Shown: one piece after another, positions 46,594-55,740 of the stretch
Layout of the letters: the number at the start of each line of letters is the position of its first letter
Numbering within the stretch: position 1 is the stretch's first letter
NCBI GenBank assembly: GCA_041742135.1
Contig: JBGSJG010000004.1
Coordinates: 45,975-109,974, forward strand
Source of the DNA: Patescibacteria group bacterium
GTDB taxonomy: Bacteria; Patescibacteriota; Microgenomatia; UBA8517
DNA: 64,000 nt
Reading direction: 5' to 3'
Translations under genes and position numbers: made by a program
Notes under the pieces: model-generated
Told to the model about the DNA's origin: nothing
Database searches by the model: none
Seen by the model: only the letters and a program-made list of their open reading frames with translations

Positions 46594-47120
46594 CGCCAAA
46601 TTGTACTTTTTGCAAAATCATAAGATTTTGCCTCGGCGCTCCGCGCCTCGTCATGATATTTTTTGCCTATAATCCAAGCATTTTTAAATTCGCACGCCAG
46701 CGTGCGGTCGGTGATACGAAAGTTCGAACCAATCTTTTTAAAAAAATCTCTAATTATTTCAGGATTTTTTTGTTGAGCAAAATTTTGGGCTCGGTTGGCC
46801 TCTTTTAGAAATTCAAAGGCAAGTTCGAACCGATTATTGCTCTTTCGCCCAAAAGCAGTTATTTTTTCCTCCAAATCTTTTTTGGCGAGAATGAGTTTAT
46901 ATTTTTTAGAGGTGTATTCTGTTTGTGACAAACTGCCTTCTAGATGCAAATCGAGTAGTCGGTCAAGTTTTGTTTCGGTATCGAGTAACTCACTTCTCGC
47001 TTTTTGGGCGAAGGAGCTTTCGGCTTGGTTAATTTCAATTTTTTCTTTTTCAAATTCTGCAATTGAGGCATTAACCCAAGCCGAAGACAAAGAAACTTTT
47101 TTGATTTCTTCTTTTATTTG
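46545..47120 (-). pseudogene. C-terminal fragment of a large serine recombinase
   Basis: Coiled coil KLDRLLDLHLEGSLSQTEYTSKK..., FFKKIGSNF; catalytic N-domain absent. Confidence 0.75.
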
Positions 47121-47423
47121 AAAAGTGATGGAAGAACGGTTGTTGTAACAAGAGGAAAGCAAGGATCAGATATCTATTACACAGAAAAAGGTATTTTAAA
47201 AACAAATCATATTAATGCAATTTTGACAGATGAGATTGTTGATCACACAGGTGCTGGTGATTGTTATAAATCAGGTTTTTTTGCAACATATTTTAAAAAT
47301 AAAGGTGTTGTAAGAGCATGTGAAGTTGGTGCATTGGCAGGTAAATTTTGTGTATCTGAAAAAGGGGGACTTTTGTCTAATAATTCTATATTACAGATTA
47401 AAAAGGAAATACAGAATGTTTAA
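47118..47423 (+). pseudogene. C-terminal fragment of a PfkB-family kinase
   Basis: VVVTRGKQGS, VDHTGAGDCY; N-terminal two thirds missing. Confidence 0.8.
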
Positions 47424-48072
47424 AACAATCGACGAAATAGGTAAAAGATATCGTTTTGCAACAACACTGCCAATAGTTGGTGACGAAGAAGGTTTGGGGC
47501 TTACAAGTTATCAATCTGCTTCTGAACATACGGCCAAGAGAATTTTAGAAAAACTAGGAACAGTAAATGTATTAGAACTTTGTTCAGGGGTTGGTGGTAC
47601 TACTGTGTTTTTAGCAAAAAAATTAGAACACATATATTCAATAGATTTAAAACCATTGAGAATCAAGGCAGCAAAGATTAACGCACAATCATTTGGTGTT
47701 GCAAATAAAATTACATTTATTTGCGGTGATGTGTTAGATGAAAAGTTGTTAATTAAATTTAAAAATAATAATATTCAGGCTGTTGTTACTGATGTAGAGT
47801 GGAGGGACGATTTGTCTAACTCATTATTAGAAACTACACCAGATATTACAAAAACTATTCCACCTACTCCTATACTTTTTGAAAAAATAAATAGACTTAT
47901 TTGCCCAAATATTATTATGCATATGGCGGCAAATACCAACAAAGAACAACTTCAGCAACTTTGTGATTGTGAAATTGAAGAAATGATATTTGGGGGGGTG
48001 GTTAAGTTCATAAATGTTTACTTTGGAAAATTAATAAATAGTATTGGAACTACCCAATTTATTATGAGATAA
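47416..48072 (+). CDS. SAM-dependent methyltransferase, Tgs1 (cap guanine-N2)-like
   Basis: DEEGLG, VLELCSGVGGTT, SIDL..RIKAAKINAQSFGVANKITFICGD; start ATG 47416. Confidence 0.7.
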   Translation: MFKTIDEIGKRYRFATTLPIVGDEEGLGLTSYQSASEHTAKRILEKLGTVNVLELCSGVGGTTVFLAKKLEHIYSIDLKPLRIKAAKINAQSFGVANKITFICGDVLDEKLLIKFKNNNIQAVVTDVEWRDDLSNSLLETTPDITKTIPPTPILFEKINRLICPNIIMHMAANTNKEQLQQLCDCEIEEMIFGGVVKFINVYFGKLINSIGTTQFIMR

Positions 48073-48127
48073 TTAATGAAATAAAGTAGTAAAATACTTT
48101 CAGTTATATATTTTTAAAATAAAAAAC

Positions 48128-48580
48128 ATGGCAGATCAAATAGACATTTCCAAACTTCACTCAGTAATTGTTAATGCAGTTGTCGAAAAAGATGGAAAAA
48201 TATTAGTTTCTCAAAGAAGCTTCGAAGAGGCTCATGAACCAGGTAAATGGACTATTCCAGGGGGAAAGGTGGATAAGACCGAAGGAGATGTTTTTAATAT
48301 AGTTGAAAAAACTTGTGCTCGAGAAGTAGAGGAAGAAACAGGCGTAATAATAAAGGAAGACGCTCATTTAATTACAAACAATACTTTTATTAGATCAAAC
48401 GGACAACATGTTATCGCTTTGATTTGTTTGTGTCATTGGTCATCAGGTGAAGCGCAGGCACTTGAAGATACGATTGGCGTCAAGTGGATTTCTGAAAATG
48501 AAATCGATTCAATTGAATTTGCTCCAAATGTCAAAGGTTATATTAAAAAGGGATTTGAAATACTTAATAATTTAAAATAA
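48128..48580 (+). CDS. NUDIX hydrolase
   Basis: GKWTIPGGKV...CAREVEEETG. Confidence 0.92.
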   Translation: MADQIDISKLHSVIVNAVVEKDGKILVSQRSFEEAHEPGKWTIPGGKVDKTEGDVFNIVEKTCAREVEEETGVIIKEDAHLITNNTFIRSNGQHVIALICLCHWSSGEAQALEDTIGVKWISENEIDSIEFAPNVKGYIKKGFEILNNLK

Positions 48581-48581
48581 T

Positions 48582-48755
48582 ATGACCGAGAAAAAACCAG
48601 TTATAGCCCAAGATACTATCGATGAAATTAATCAAGGTAAGATAAAATTACCCACAAATGAGGCATATGATGCCGCTGATGAATTTGGTGAGTCAAGAAT
48701 GAGACCACCAGCACCAGTGGTTAAAACTGAGAAATCAGAAAAGAAACCAGCATAA
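48582..48755 (+). CDS. Small hypothetical protein (57 aa)
   Basis: MTEKKPVIAQDTIDEINQGKIKLPTNEAYDAADEFGE...; starts 1 nt after the Nudix stop. Confidence 0.5.
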   Translation: MTEKKPVIAQDTIDEINQGKIKLPTNEAYDAADEFGESRMRPPAPVVKTEKSEKKPA

Positions 48756-48796
48756 TCGATTGACACCAAATTCATCCCCAAAACAATCCTCATCCC

Positions 48797-49027
48797 TGCT
48801 CGAGTATGACGGAAGGAGGGGGTTGGGGGGAGGAATTCCGTCATAATCGAGCAATTACAAATAACGGTCGTCCCCGCCGTTATGAAAGAATTGAAATCAC
48901 CCAGCAAAAAATTATTCTTTTCCTTTTTGATTTAAATTTTCGGCGCGCATTCATAAAAATAAATAAAGAAAATTTTTTTGCTGGGTGGCAATCCATGAGC
49001 AAGTGGAGTGCAACGGCGGGGATGACC
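48797..49027. other. Highly structured non-coding terminal region of the element
   Basis: Three long stems: 48797-48814/48836-48853, 48866-48881/49012-49027, 48898-48911/48974-48987. Confidence 0.75.
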
Positions 49028-49079
49028 TCCTTATTCAGGGTTTTGTCCAAAAAATGTTCGAACTTCGTCCAAAAAACAC

Positions 49080-49592
49080 TCTGTCGTATTGGGTATGGAG
49101 AAAAGCGTGATAACCATTTAGGTGTTTTCCAGTGGCAATTGTTTGTAAGGCTATGGCCTTTACATGTTCAAGAGTTTGTAGCCTTTGAGTCTCACCGCCA
49201 TATATAAAAGCATGTTCTGGGTGAGAGGGGTCAAATGAATGGGCAACTTCGTGGTCAGAAGCACTATCAATTGCCTGTGCAGGTAAAGCAACGAGCCGAC
49301 TATAAAATGTTAACTTTCCTTTATCTGGGCCGCTTGGTGTGTGAGTTCCCAACAAATCAGGATGGTCGGCTGAGTTTTCGGCCTCCTCAAGAGCGGGAAT
49401 CATATCTACAGGCAGTCCTCTCCTTGCGATTCTTTGGCGGACATCAGCCATATCAAAAATGTAATACTCGTCGTCTGGTCGTGAAATTGATTCCAAGTGG
49501 CGCAGCCTGGCTTCGTATCCTTCAATTCTTGTTCTTTCAGGTTCTATGTAATCTCGGCGTGGGTCAAAACTAACTCTTCTTTTCTCTGCCAT
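49080..49592 (-). pseudogene. 5' half of a disrupted HExxH (HEVAH) host gene
   Basis: Reading frame runs into element DNA at 49079; continues in frame at 46593. Confidence 0.75.
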
Positions 49593-49672
49593 GGAGGAAA
49601 TTATAACCTGTTGTCGGGCTTAATGCAAAAATTTCTTTGTGATAAGGTATACTAATTTATTCGCAACTACTT

Positions 49673-50521
49673 ATGCCAGAGCTTCCAGAGGTCCAATCAA
49701 TCAGAAACCAGCTTGAGAAATATGTCACAGGGCATAAGCTCGAGAGCGTAGAAGTTATAAATAAAAAAATTGCTCCTGACGATTTTACTCCTATTGTTGG
49801 GTCAAAATTTAAAGGTTTCCGGCGTTTTGGAAAGGTGCTTGTTTTTGATTTTGATAATGGTTACTCTACAGTTTCTCATATTAAACTGACCGGACAGTTT
49901 GTTTATCGTGGGCCAAATCTCAAAAACCCACCCACATTATCAAAAAAAATCAACGATGGCTTGGGAGGGCGCCACACGCATGTGGTATTTCATTTAGACC
50001 GCAAAGGACTTTTGTATTACAATGATTTTCGCCGATTTGGATGGATAAAGCTTACTAAAACCAAAGACGTTCCCGAATTTGATTTTATTAAAAAGCTCGG
50101 GCCCGAGCCCTTGGACGAGCTCACTTTTGAGAAATTTAGCGCTTTACTTGGCAAAACTCGCCGTGCTGTAAAAGTGGTGATTATGGATCAGTCCAAAATG
50201 GGTGGAGTTGGCAATATCTATGCAAACGATGCCTTGTGGGATAGCCAAATTTTGCCGAGCCGTCCGGCAAATAGCCTTAGTCAAAACGAAGCAAAAGCAT
50301 TGTTTAATTCGATTGAAAAAGTGTTAAAAAAAGGAATCGCGACTGGGGGCGCAAGCGAGCTTTCTTTTGTGACTCCAGACGGAGGTGAAGGGGATTACCA
50401 AAATCACTTTCTGGCATATGGAAAACAGGGAACTCTCTGCCCAAGATGCAAAAAAGAAAAGTTCAAAAAGGTAGCCTTGGGTGGCCGGGGAACTTACTTC
50501 TGTCCGAGGTGTCAAAAATAA
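49673..50521 (+). CDS. mutM: Formamidopyrimidine-DNA glycosylase
   Basis: MPELPEV, GVGNIYA, C-terminal Zn finger CPRC..RGTYFCPRCQ. Confidence 0.97.
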   Translation: MPELPEVQSIRNQLEKYVTGHKLESVEVINKKIAPDDFTPIVGSKFKGFRRFGKVLVFDFDNGYSTVSHIKLTGQFVYRGPNLKNPPTLSKKINDGLGGRHTHVVFHLDRKGLLYYNDFRRFGWIKLTKTKDVPEFDFIKKLGPEPLDELTFEKFSALLGKTRRAVKVVIMDQSKMGGVGNIYANDALWDSQILPSRPANSLSQNEAKALFNSIEKVLKKGIATGGASELSFVTPDGGEGDYQNHFLAYGKQGTLCPRCKKEKFKKVALGGRGTYFCPRCQK

Positions 50522-51580
50522 ATGCTTCAAAAACTAGAACTTAAAAACTTCAGAAACTTTGCCAAAAAGTCACTTGATTTTACAGGTGGAATCACTGTTG
50601 TAGTTGGGGAAAACGCATCGGGCAAAACAAATATATTGGAGGCAGTCGCGCTTTTGTCCACCGCAAAAAGTTTTCGGGCTGGGGTCGAGGAGGAAATGGT
50701 CAATTATGATGAGGAAGTGGGAAGAGTCTCGGGTAAAATATCAGACGAAACTAGCCTAGAAGTAGTGCTTACAAGAGGAGTAATCACTCGAGGCGAGATT
50801 ACCGAGCGCGTGGCACGCAAGAAGCTACTGGTAAATGGGGTTAGTAAGCGCATGGTCGATTTTGCTGGAATTTTTAAGACCGTGTTATTTAGACCTCAGG
50901 ATATGGATTTGGTAAGCCAATCGCCGTCCCTTCGAAGAAAGTTTTTAGACTCAGTGCTTTCTCAAGTCGACCGTGAATATCATCGAGCAATTCTGTCTTA
51001 CGAAAAAGGACTACGCCGCCGCAATAAACTTTTGTATCGCATACGCGAAGAAGGCATATCGCGATCGCATTTGTACTTTTGGGACAAGCTTCTTATTAAA
51101 AATGGCGACTACATTAGCGCAAAGCGTGAAGAGCTGATCGACTATATTAATGAAACCCAAAAACTTGGGGATAATAATTTTAGCCTTACTTACGACAAAA
51201 GCGTAATTTCGGAAAGTAGACTTTTGCAGTATAAACTTGAAGAAGTCGCATCAGCCACGACTTTGGTCGGCCCTCATCGCGATGATTTGATTTTTTTGGA
51301 AGGCAAACGCGATTTGGCCAAATACGGCTCGCGAGGAGAGCAGAGGATGAGCGTTTTATGGCTTAAAATAGGCGAATTAGATTACATCACGAAATCAAGT
51401 GGTGACCTGCCTGCGCAGGCAGGAAAACCAACCCTTCTTTTGGACGATATTTTCTCAGAGCTTGATCACGAGCACAGAAGGCTGGTGGGGGAGATCGCAG
51501 GGCGGCAACAAACCATAATCTCAACAGCAGATCCGCATTATCTTGAGTTTGAAGATGGGTTTGACAAGATTGAACTATAA
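50522..51580 (+). CDS. recF: DNA replication/repair protein RecF
   Basis: GENASGKTNILEA, GPHRDD, SRGEQR, LLLDDIFSELD. Confidence 0.96.
   Translation: MLQKLELKNFRNFAKKSLDFTGGITVVVGENASGKTNILEAVALLSTAKSFRAGVEEEMVNYDEEVGRVSGKISDETSLEVVLTRGVITRGEITERVARKKLLVNGVSKRMVDFAGIFKTVLFRPQDMDLVSQSPSLRRKFLDSVLSQVDREYHRAILSYEKGLRRRNKLLYRIREEGISRSHLYFWDKLLIKNGDYISAKREELIDYINETQKLGDNNFSLTYDKSVISESRLLQYKLEEVASATTLVGPHRDDLIFLEGKRDLAKYGSRGEQRMSVLWLKIGELDYITKSSGDLPAQAGKPTLLLDDIFSELDHEHRRLVGEIAGRQQTIISTADPHYLEFEDGFDKIEL
51406..51423. repeat. 18-bp perfect palindrome CCTGCCTGCGCAGGCAGG inserted in frame in recF
   Basis: Removal restores GEKPTLLLDD. Confidence 0.9.
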
Positions 51581-51621
51581 GCAAAGCTTGAGATTTTCAA
51601 TCATAGGGCATAAAATTGGTC

Positions 51622-51834
51622 ATGCCAGCTGAAAGACCATCGGCTCAACCGCCTCTTCCGGGGATAGGACTAGAGGAGACTTCTGTTTATGATGCTTTGC
51701 ACCTTAAACACCCACAACTAGTCGTAATCGCTCCAACCCCCGATAGAGGCAAAGTTGTAAAAAGAGTTCAGGCCAGGCCACAATCAACGCAGGCTCGGAC
51801 AAGCTGGATAGATTATAGCAACCCAGATAAATAA
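51622..51834 (+). CDS. Small hypothetical protein
   Basis: 70-aa ORF filling the intergenic gap; TAAAAT upstream. Confidence 0.45.
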   Translation: MPAERPSAQPPLPGIGLEETSVYDALHLKHPQLVVIAPTPDRGKVVKRVQARPQSTQARTSWIDYSNPDK

Positions 51835-51866
51835 TATTGGGAGTTAGAATCTAGTATACTTACTTC

Positions 51867-52706
51867 ATGGATGTGTTTGACCCCAAAGACGTAAAAAAAA
51901 TTTATACACCTCTTAAGAATTCTTCTGGTGAGCAAAATGGCCAAGTGACAATTATTGGAGGCTCGAGTCTCTTTCACGGACCACCATTTCTAGCTATCCA
52001 GGCCGCGTCTCGGATTGTTGACATGGTTTTTTTTGCCACTCCGCACGAGCCGCTGCGCGATGTTGCGGCTAACTTGAAAGCAAGAGTCTCAAGCTTTATC
52101 TGGGTGCCATTTGACGAAGTGGAGGACTATGTTAAAAAGTCCGATGCCATTTTGATCGGCCCGGGATTCATGCGTGCTCACAGCGAAAAAGCTAACGGAG
52201 AGGCGAGTCATTATTGTGATGAAGCGTGTAAGTTATCAAAAGAAATAACTCAAAATTTACTAACCAAGTTTCCCGATAAACGGTGGGTGATTGATGCAGG
52301 AAGCTTACAAGTGATGGACCCAACTTCTATTCCGCCGATGGCAATTCTTACTCCAAATAAAAAAGAATACAAAATTCTGTTTGATGACTTAGATCCTTAC
52401 GAGGCGGCTCATAAATATAATTGCGTTATAGTTCTTAAAGGTCCAACAACTTTTGTTTACTCTCCAAGCGAAAGTGTGGAGGTACATGGAGGCAATCCGG
52501 GCATGACTAAGGGTGGAACGGGAGATACAATGGCGGGCCTAACCGTGGCACTTTTGGCTAAGAATGAACCATTTTTGGCTGCAACTGTCGGAGCTTACGT
52601 AGTTAAAGCGGCTGGAGACGCGTTATATAAAAAACAGGGAGTTTATTACAATTCTGACGATTTAGCTGCTCAAGTGCCTCAGACTTTATTTGAATTACTA
52701 AAGTAA
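51867..52706 (+). CDS. nnrD: NAD(P)H-hydrate dehydratase (YjeF C-domain)
   Basis: IIGGS, IGPG, VIDAG, LTPN..E, VLKG, GGTGD. Confidence 0.9.
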   Translation: MDVFDPKDVKKIYTPLKNSSGEQNGQVTIIGGSSLFHGPPFLAIQAASRIVDMVFFATPHEPLRDVAANLKARVSSFIWVPFDEVEDYVKKSDAILIGPGFMRAHSEKANGEASHYCDEACKLSKEITQNLLTKFPDKRWVIDAGSLQVMDPTSIPPMAILTPNKKEYKILFDDLDPYEAAHKYNCVIVLKGPTTFVYSPSESVEVHGGNPGMTKGGTGDTMAGLTVALLAKNEPFLAATVGAYVVKAAGDALYKKQGVYYNSDDLAAQVPQTLFELLK

Positions 52707-52745
52707 ACCTTGTTTTTTCCGCAGGTTTTGCAATAATTAATCACA

Positions 52746-53807
52746 ATGTATTCTCCTAAGTTTCTAATTTCTAATGCGATACTCAAGCACATTGGCCAGA
52801 TTGAGGCTGCTAAAGAGGTTGTAGAAAATGCTCCACTAGTTCCTGACTTTGTTAAAGATTTTAAGTCGGACGCCATGGTTCGTACGGTTTACCACGGAAC
52901 TCAGATGGAAGGTAACGACTTGACCCTTCTTCAGGCAAAGCAAGTTATTGAAGGTGAATCGGTAATTGCACACGAACGAGATATCCAAGAAGTAATTAAC
53001 TATCGAAATGTTGCGGAGCTTTTGGACCAGCTGGCAGTTAAGCGTGCAGGGTATGACATGGAGTCCTTGCTCGACATTCATAGGACCACTGTCGACAAGC
53101 TAGTAGACCCTTCTAAGTCAGGTGTGCTTCGCACATCTCAGGTGGTTATTAAGGAGCAGGGAACAGGGAAGGTTATTTTTACTCCTCCCGCGGCTGTTGA
53201 AGTGCCTTACTTGCTTGCGGATTTTCTGACTTGGCTAAACGACGCATCGGCTCGTGAAATCCACCCCGTTCTTCGTGCTGGGATTACGCATTATGTAATG
53301 GTAACAATCCATCCATTTGTGGAAGGCAACGGCAGAACTGTTCGCGCTTTTAGCACTCTAGTTCTTATTCGCGAAGGCTATGACATCAAGAGGTTTTTTG
53401 CGATAGAGGAGCACTTCGACCGCGATTTGGCAGCTTATTACGATGCCTTTTTCAAAGTCGATAGCCAAGGTGGCGATATTTCCATTCGCGATTTGACTCC
53501 TTGGCTGGAGTATTTTTCTCGTGTTGTGGCGGTTGAACTGACTAAAATCAAAGAAAAAGTCAGGCAACTTTCGGTAGACAGTCGCCTTAAAGTGAAAATT
53601 GGCGAACAAGTGGCGCTTTCTGCTCGTCAAGTGAAGCTGATAGAATATTTAAGTGAACACGGAAGTGCCGTCATGAAGGATCTGCGTGATGTAATGCCTA
53701 TGATTTCGGAGGATACCGTACTTCGGGATTTAAAAGACATGCAACATAAGAATATAATAGATAAGGAGGGTAGCACGAAAGCCGCCCGTTATGTGTTAAA
53801 ACACTAA
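52746..53807 (+). CDS. Fic family protein with C-terminal winged helix
   Basis: HPFVEGNGRTVR; TVLRDLKDM. Confidence 0.92.
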   Translation: MYSPKFLISNAILKHIGQIEAAKEVVENAPLVPDFVKDFKSDAMVRTVYHGTQMEGNDLTLLQAKQVIEGESVIAHERDIQEVINYRNVAELLDQLAVKRAGYDMESLLDIHRTTVDKLVDPSKSGVLRTSQVVIKEQGTGKVIFTPPAAVEVPYLLADFLTWLNDASAREIHPVLRAGITHYVMVTIHPFVEGNGRTVRAFSTLVLIREGYDIKRFFAIEEHFDRDLAAYYDAFFKVDSQGGDISIRDLTPWLEYFSRVVAVELTKIKEKVRQLSVDSRLKVKIGEQVALSARQVKLIEYLSEHGSAVMKDLRDVMPMISEDTVLRDLKDMQHKNIIDKEGSTKAARYVLKH

Positions 53808-54011
53808 ATGGTTCCAACTGACCCACAATTTTTGTATATGATTTTGGTACTCCCAACTCTTTTTGGGCTAACTTTGGTCGGCGAAGGTTTAAACAAAGTA
53901 GTCCACCATGAGTGGCATGGGTTAATTAGCCTCCTGTTTGGCTCGGCTTTTATTGGACTTGTCGTTTTTGCTTTCTTGTTTTTCTCCACGTATATTAAAA
54001 AATCTATTTGA
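53808..54011 (+). CDS. Small two-TM membrane protein
   Basis: 67 aa, translationally coupled on both sides. Confidence 0.7.
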   Translation: MVPTDPQFLYMILVLPTLFGLTLVGEGLNKVVHHEWHGLISLLFGSAFIGLVVFAFLFFSTYIKKSI

Positions 54012-54016
54012 AATTC

Positions 54017-55714
54017 ATGACTGCGAGCAATCTGAGTAAGTATTTTGAGGAGCTTGAAAAAACTTCTTCAAGAATTTCGATTACAAAAATATTAGCGGAG
54101 CTTTTTAATGAGCTTTCAGAAGAGGAAATTGATAAAGCTGTTTATATGATGCTTGGGAGCTTGGCTCCAAATTATAGAAGCATTGTTTTTAATGTGGCGG
54201 AAGCCATGATGATGCGTGCAATATCTCGGGCGTATAACGTAGAGCCGCAAGAAGTAAAAACTATTTACAAAAAAATGGGCGACTTGGGGAAAGTCGCAGA
54301 GAGTCTTAATCGTGGTAAAGGTAATGATTTAATTGTCAGTGAGTTGTACTCAAAGCTTTCCCAAATCGCGAAGTGTGAAGGGGAGGGAAGCCAAGAGAGA
54401 AAGATTGAACTACTGGCAGATCTTCTTGTTTCTGTAAATCCCCTCACATCTCGTTTTGTAGCAAGAATTACGCTTGGGAAACTAAGACTTGGCTTTTCTG
54501 ACAAAACCGTTATCGATGCGCTTTCATGGATGGAAACGGGAGATAAAACAAACTCCAAAAAGATTGAAGCTGCTTTTCAAGTTGTGCCTGATATTGGCAA
54601 AATCGCGCGCGAGGTTAGGGCAAAAGGATCGGGAGGCCTGCTTAACGAGATCTCTCCAACCATTGGAATTCCTGTGATTCCCATGCTTGCCCAAAGAATC
54701 AAGTCGGCTGATGAAATGATTAAAAAGATGGACAATGTGGCGGTTGAGCCAAAATTCGACGGTCTGCGCGTTCAAATACATTTTGCGCGGGGTAAGAAAA
54801 TTGGTGCATTTACAAGAAACCTTAACGACATTAAGGATATGTTTCCAGAACTTGAGTCAATTGGTGAGTATGTGAATGCCGATTCGGTGATTTTGGACTC
54901 AGAAGCTGTTGGGCTTGATGCTGAAACTATGAAGATGGCAGATTTCCAGACCACAATGCATCGGCGCCGCAAGCATGATATTGAAAATTTTGCTAAGGCA
55001 AACCCGTTAACATTTCAGGTTTTTGATGTGATGAGTAAAGACGGGGAAAGTTTTATGGATAAAAATTATGAAGAGCGAAGAGCGGTGCTAAAAAAGCTAT
55101 TTTCAAAAAACAAGACTTTCTTGGTGGATGAGTACATGATAACTCAAAATGCAGGAGATATTCGAAAAAAACATGAAGAATATCTAGCACGGGGACTAGA
55201 GGGGGCGATGATTAAAAAGGTCGACAGTGGATATGTGCCGGGTAGAACGGGTTGGAGATGGGTCAAGATGAAAGAGGTGGATGGCACACGCGGAAAATTA
55301 TCTGACACTGTTGACTGTGTTGTGATGGGCTATACACGAGGAAAAGGAAAGCGAGCAGACTTTGGAGTTGGCCAGTTTTTAGCGGGTGTACTCGACCATG
55401 ACAAAATTAAGTCTATTACAAAAGTGGGAACGGGGCTGACGGACGAGCAGTTTCGCGCATTAAATGACAAATTGAAAGATATTGTAGTGGCCCTAAAACC
55501 AGTTGAGTACGAAGTGCATAAAGATCTATATCCTGATTTTTGGGTAGAGCCGAAAGTGGTGGTTGAGCTTGCGGCCGATGAGCTGACTAAATCGCCAAAG
55601 CACACAGCAGGGCTGGCTTTAAGGTTTCCAAGACTGGTGAGGTTTAGAGAAGATAAGTCGGTCAAGCAAATCACTACAATTTCGGAAATTCTAGAGATCG
55701 CTAAGCTCGGTTAA
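54017..55714 (+). CDS. lig: ATP-dependent DNA ligase (archaeal/eukaryotic type)
   Basis: EPKFDGLR, EGAMIK, WVKMK, LRFPR. Confidence 0.95.
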   Translation: MTASNLSKYFEELEKTSSRISITKILAELFNELSEEEIDKAVYMMLGSLAPNYRSIVFNVAEAMMMRAISRAYNVEPQEVKTIYKKMGDLGKVAESLNRGKGNDLIVSELYSKLSQIAKCEGEGSQERKIELLADLLVSVNPLTSRFVARITLGKLRLGFSDKTVIDALSWMETGDKTNSKKIEAAFQVVPDIGKIAREVRAKGSGGLLNEISPTIGIPVIPMLAQRIKSADEMIKKMDNVAVEPKFDGLRVQIHFARGKKIGAFTRNLNDIKDMFPELESIGEYVNADSVILDSEAVGLDAETMKMADFQTTMHRRRKHDIENFAKANPLTFQVFDVMSKDGESFMDKNYEERRAVLKKLFSKNKTFLVDEYMITQNAGDIRKKHEEYLARGLEGAMIKKVDSGYVPGRTGWRWVKMKEVDGTRGKLSDTVDCVVMGYTRGKGKRADFGVGQFLAGVLDHDKIKSITKVGTGLTDEQFRALNDKLKDIVVALKPVEYEVHKDLYPDFWVEPKVVVELAADELTKSPKHTAGLALRFPRLVRFREDKSVKQITTISEILEIAKLG

Positions 55715-55740
55715 AAAAACTAACTGTGTTAGCATTGGGT

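Larger units (their letters stand above)
46594..49079. mobile_element. Internally deleted large-serine-recombinase integrative element
   Basis: Recombinase C-terminal fragment at the left end, its native tail (CFLDEVRTFFGQNPE*) at the right end, AT-rich cargo between. Confidence 0.8.

Noticed and set aside
48632-49573. ORFs 48632..48907, 48806..49207 and 49235..49573
   Set aside because: They cross the structured non-coding region or att junction, or lie antisense to real genes.
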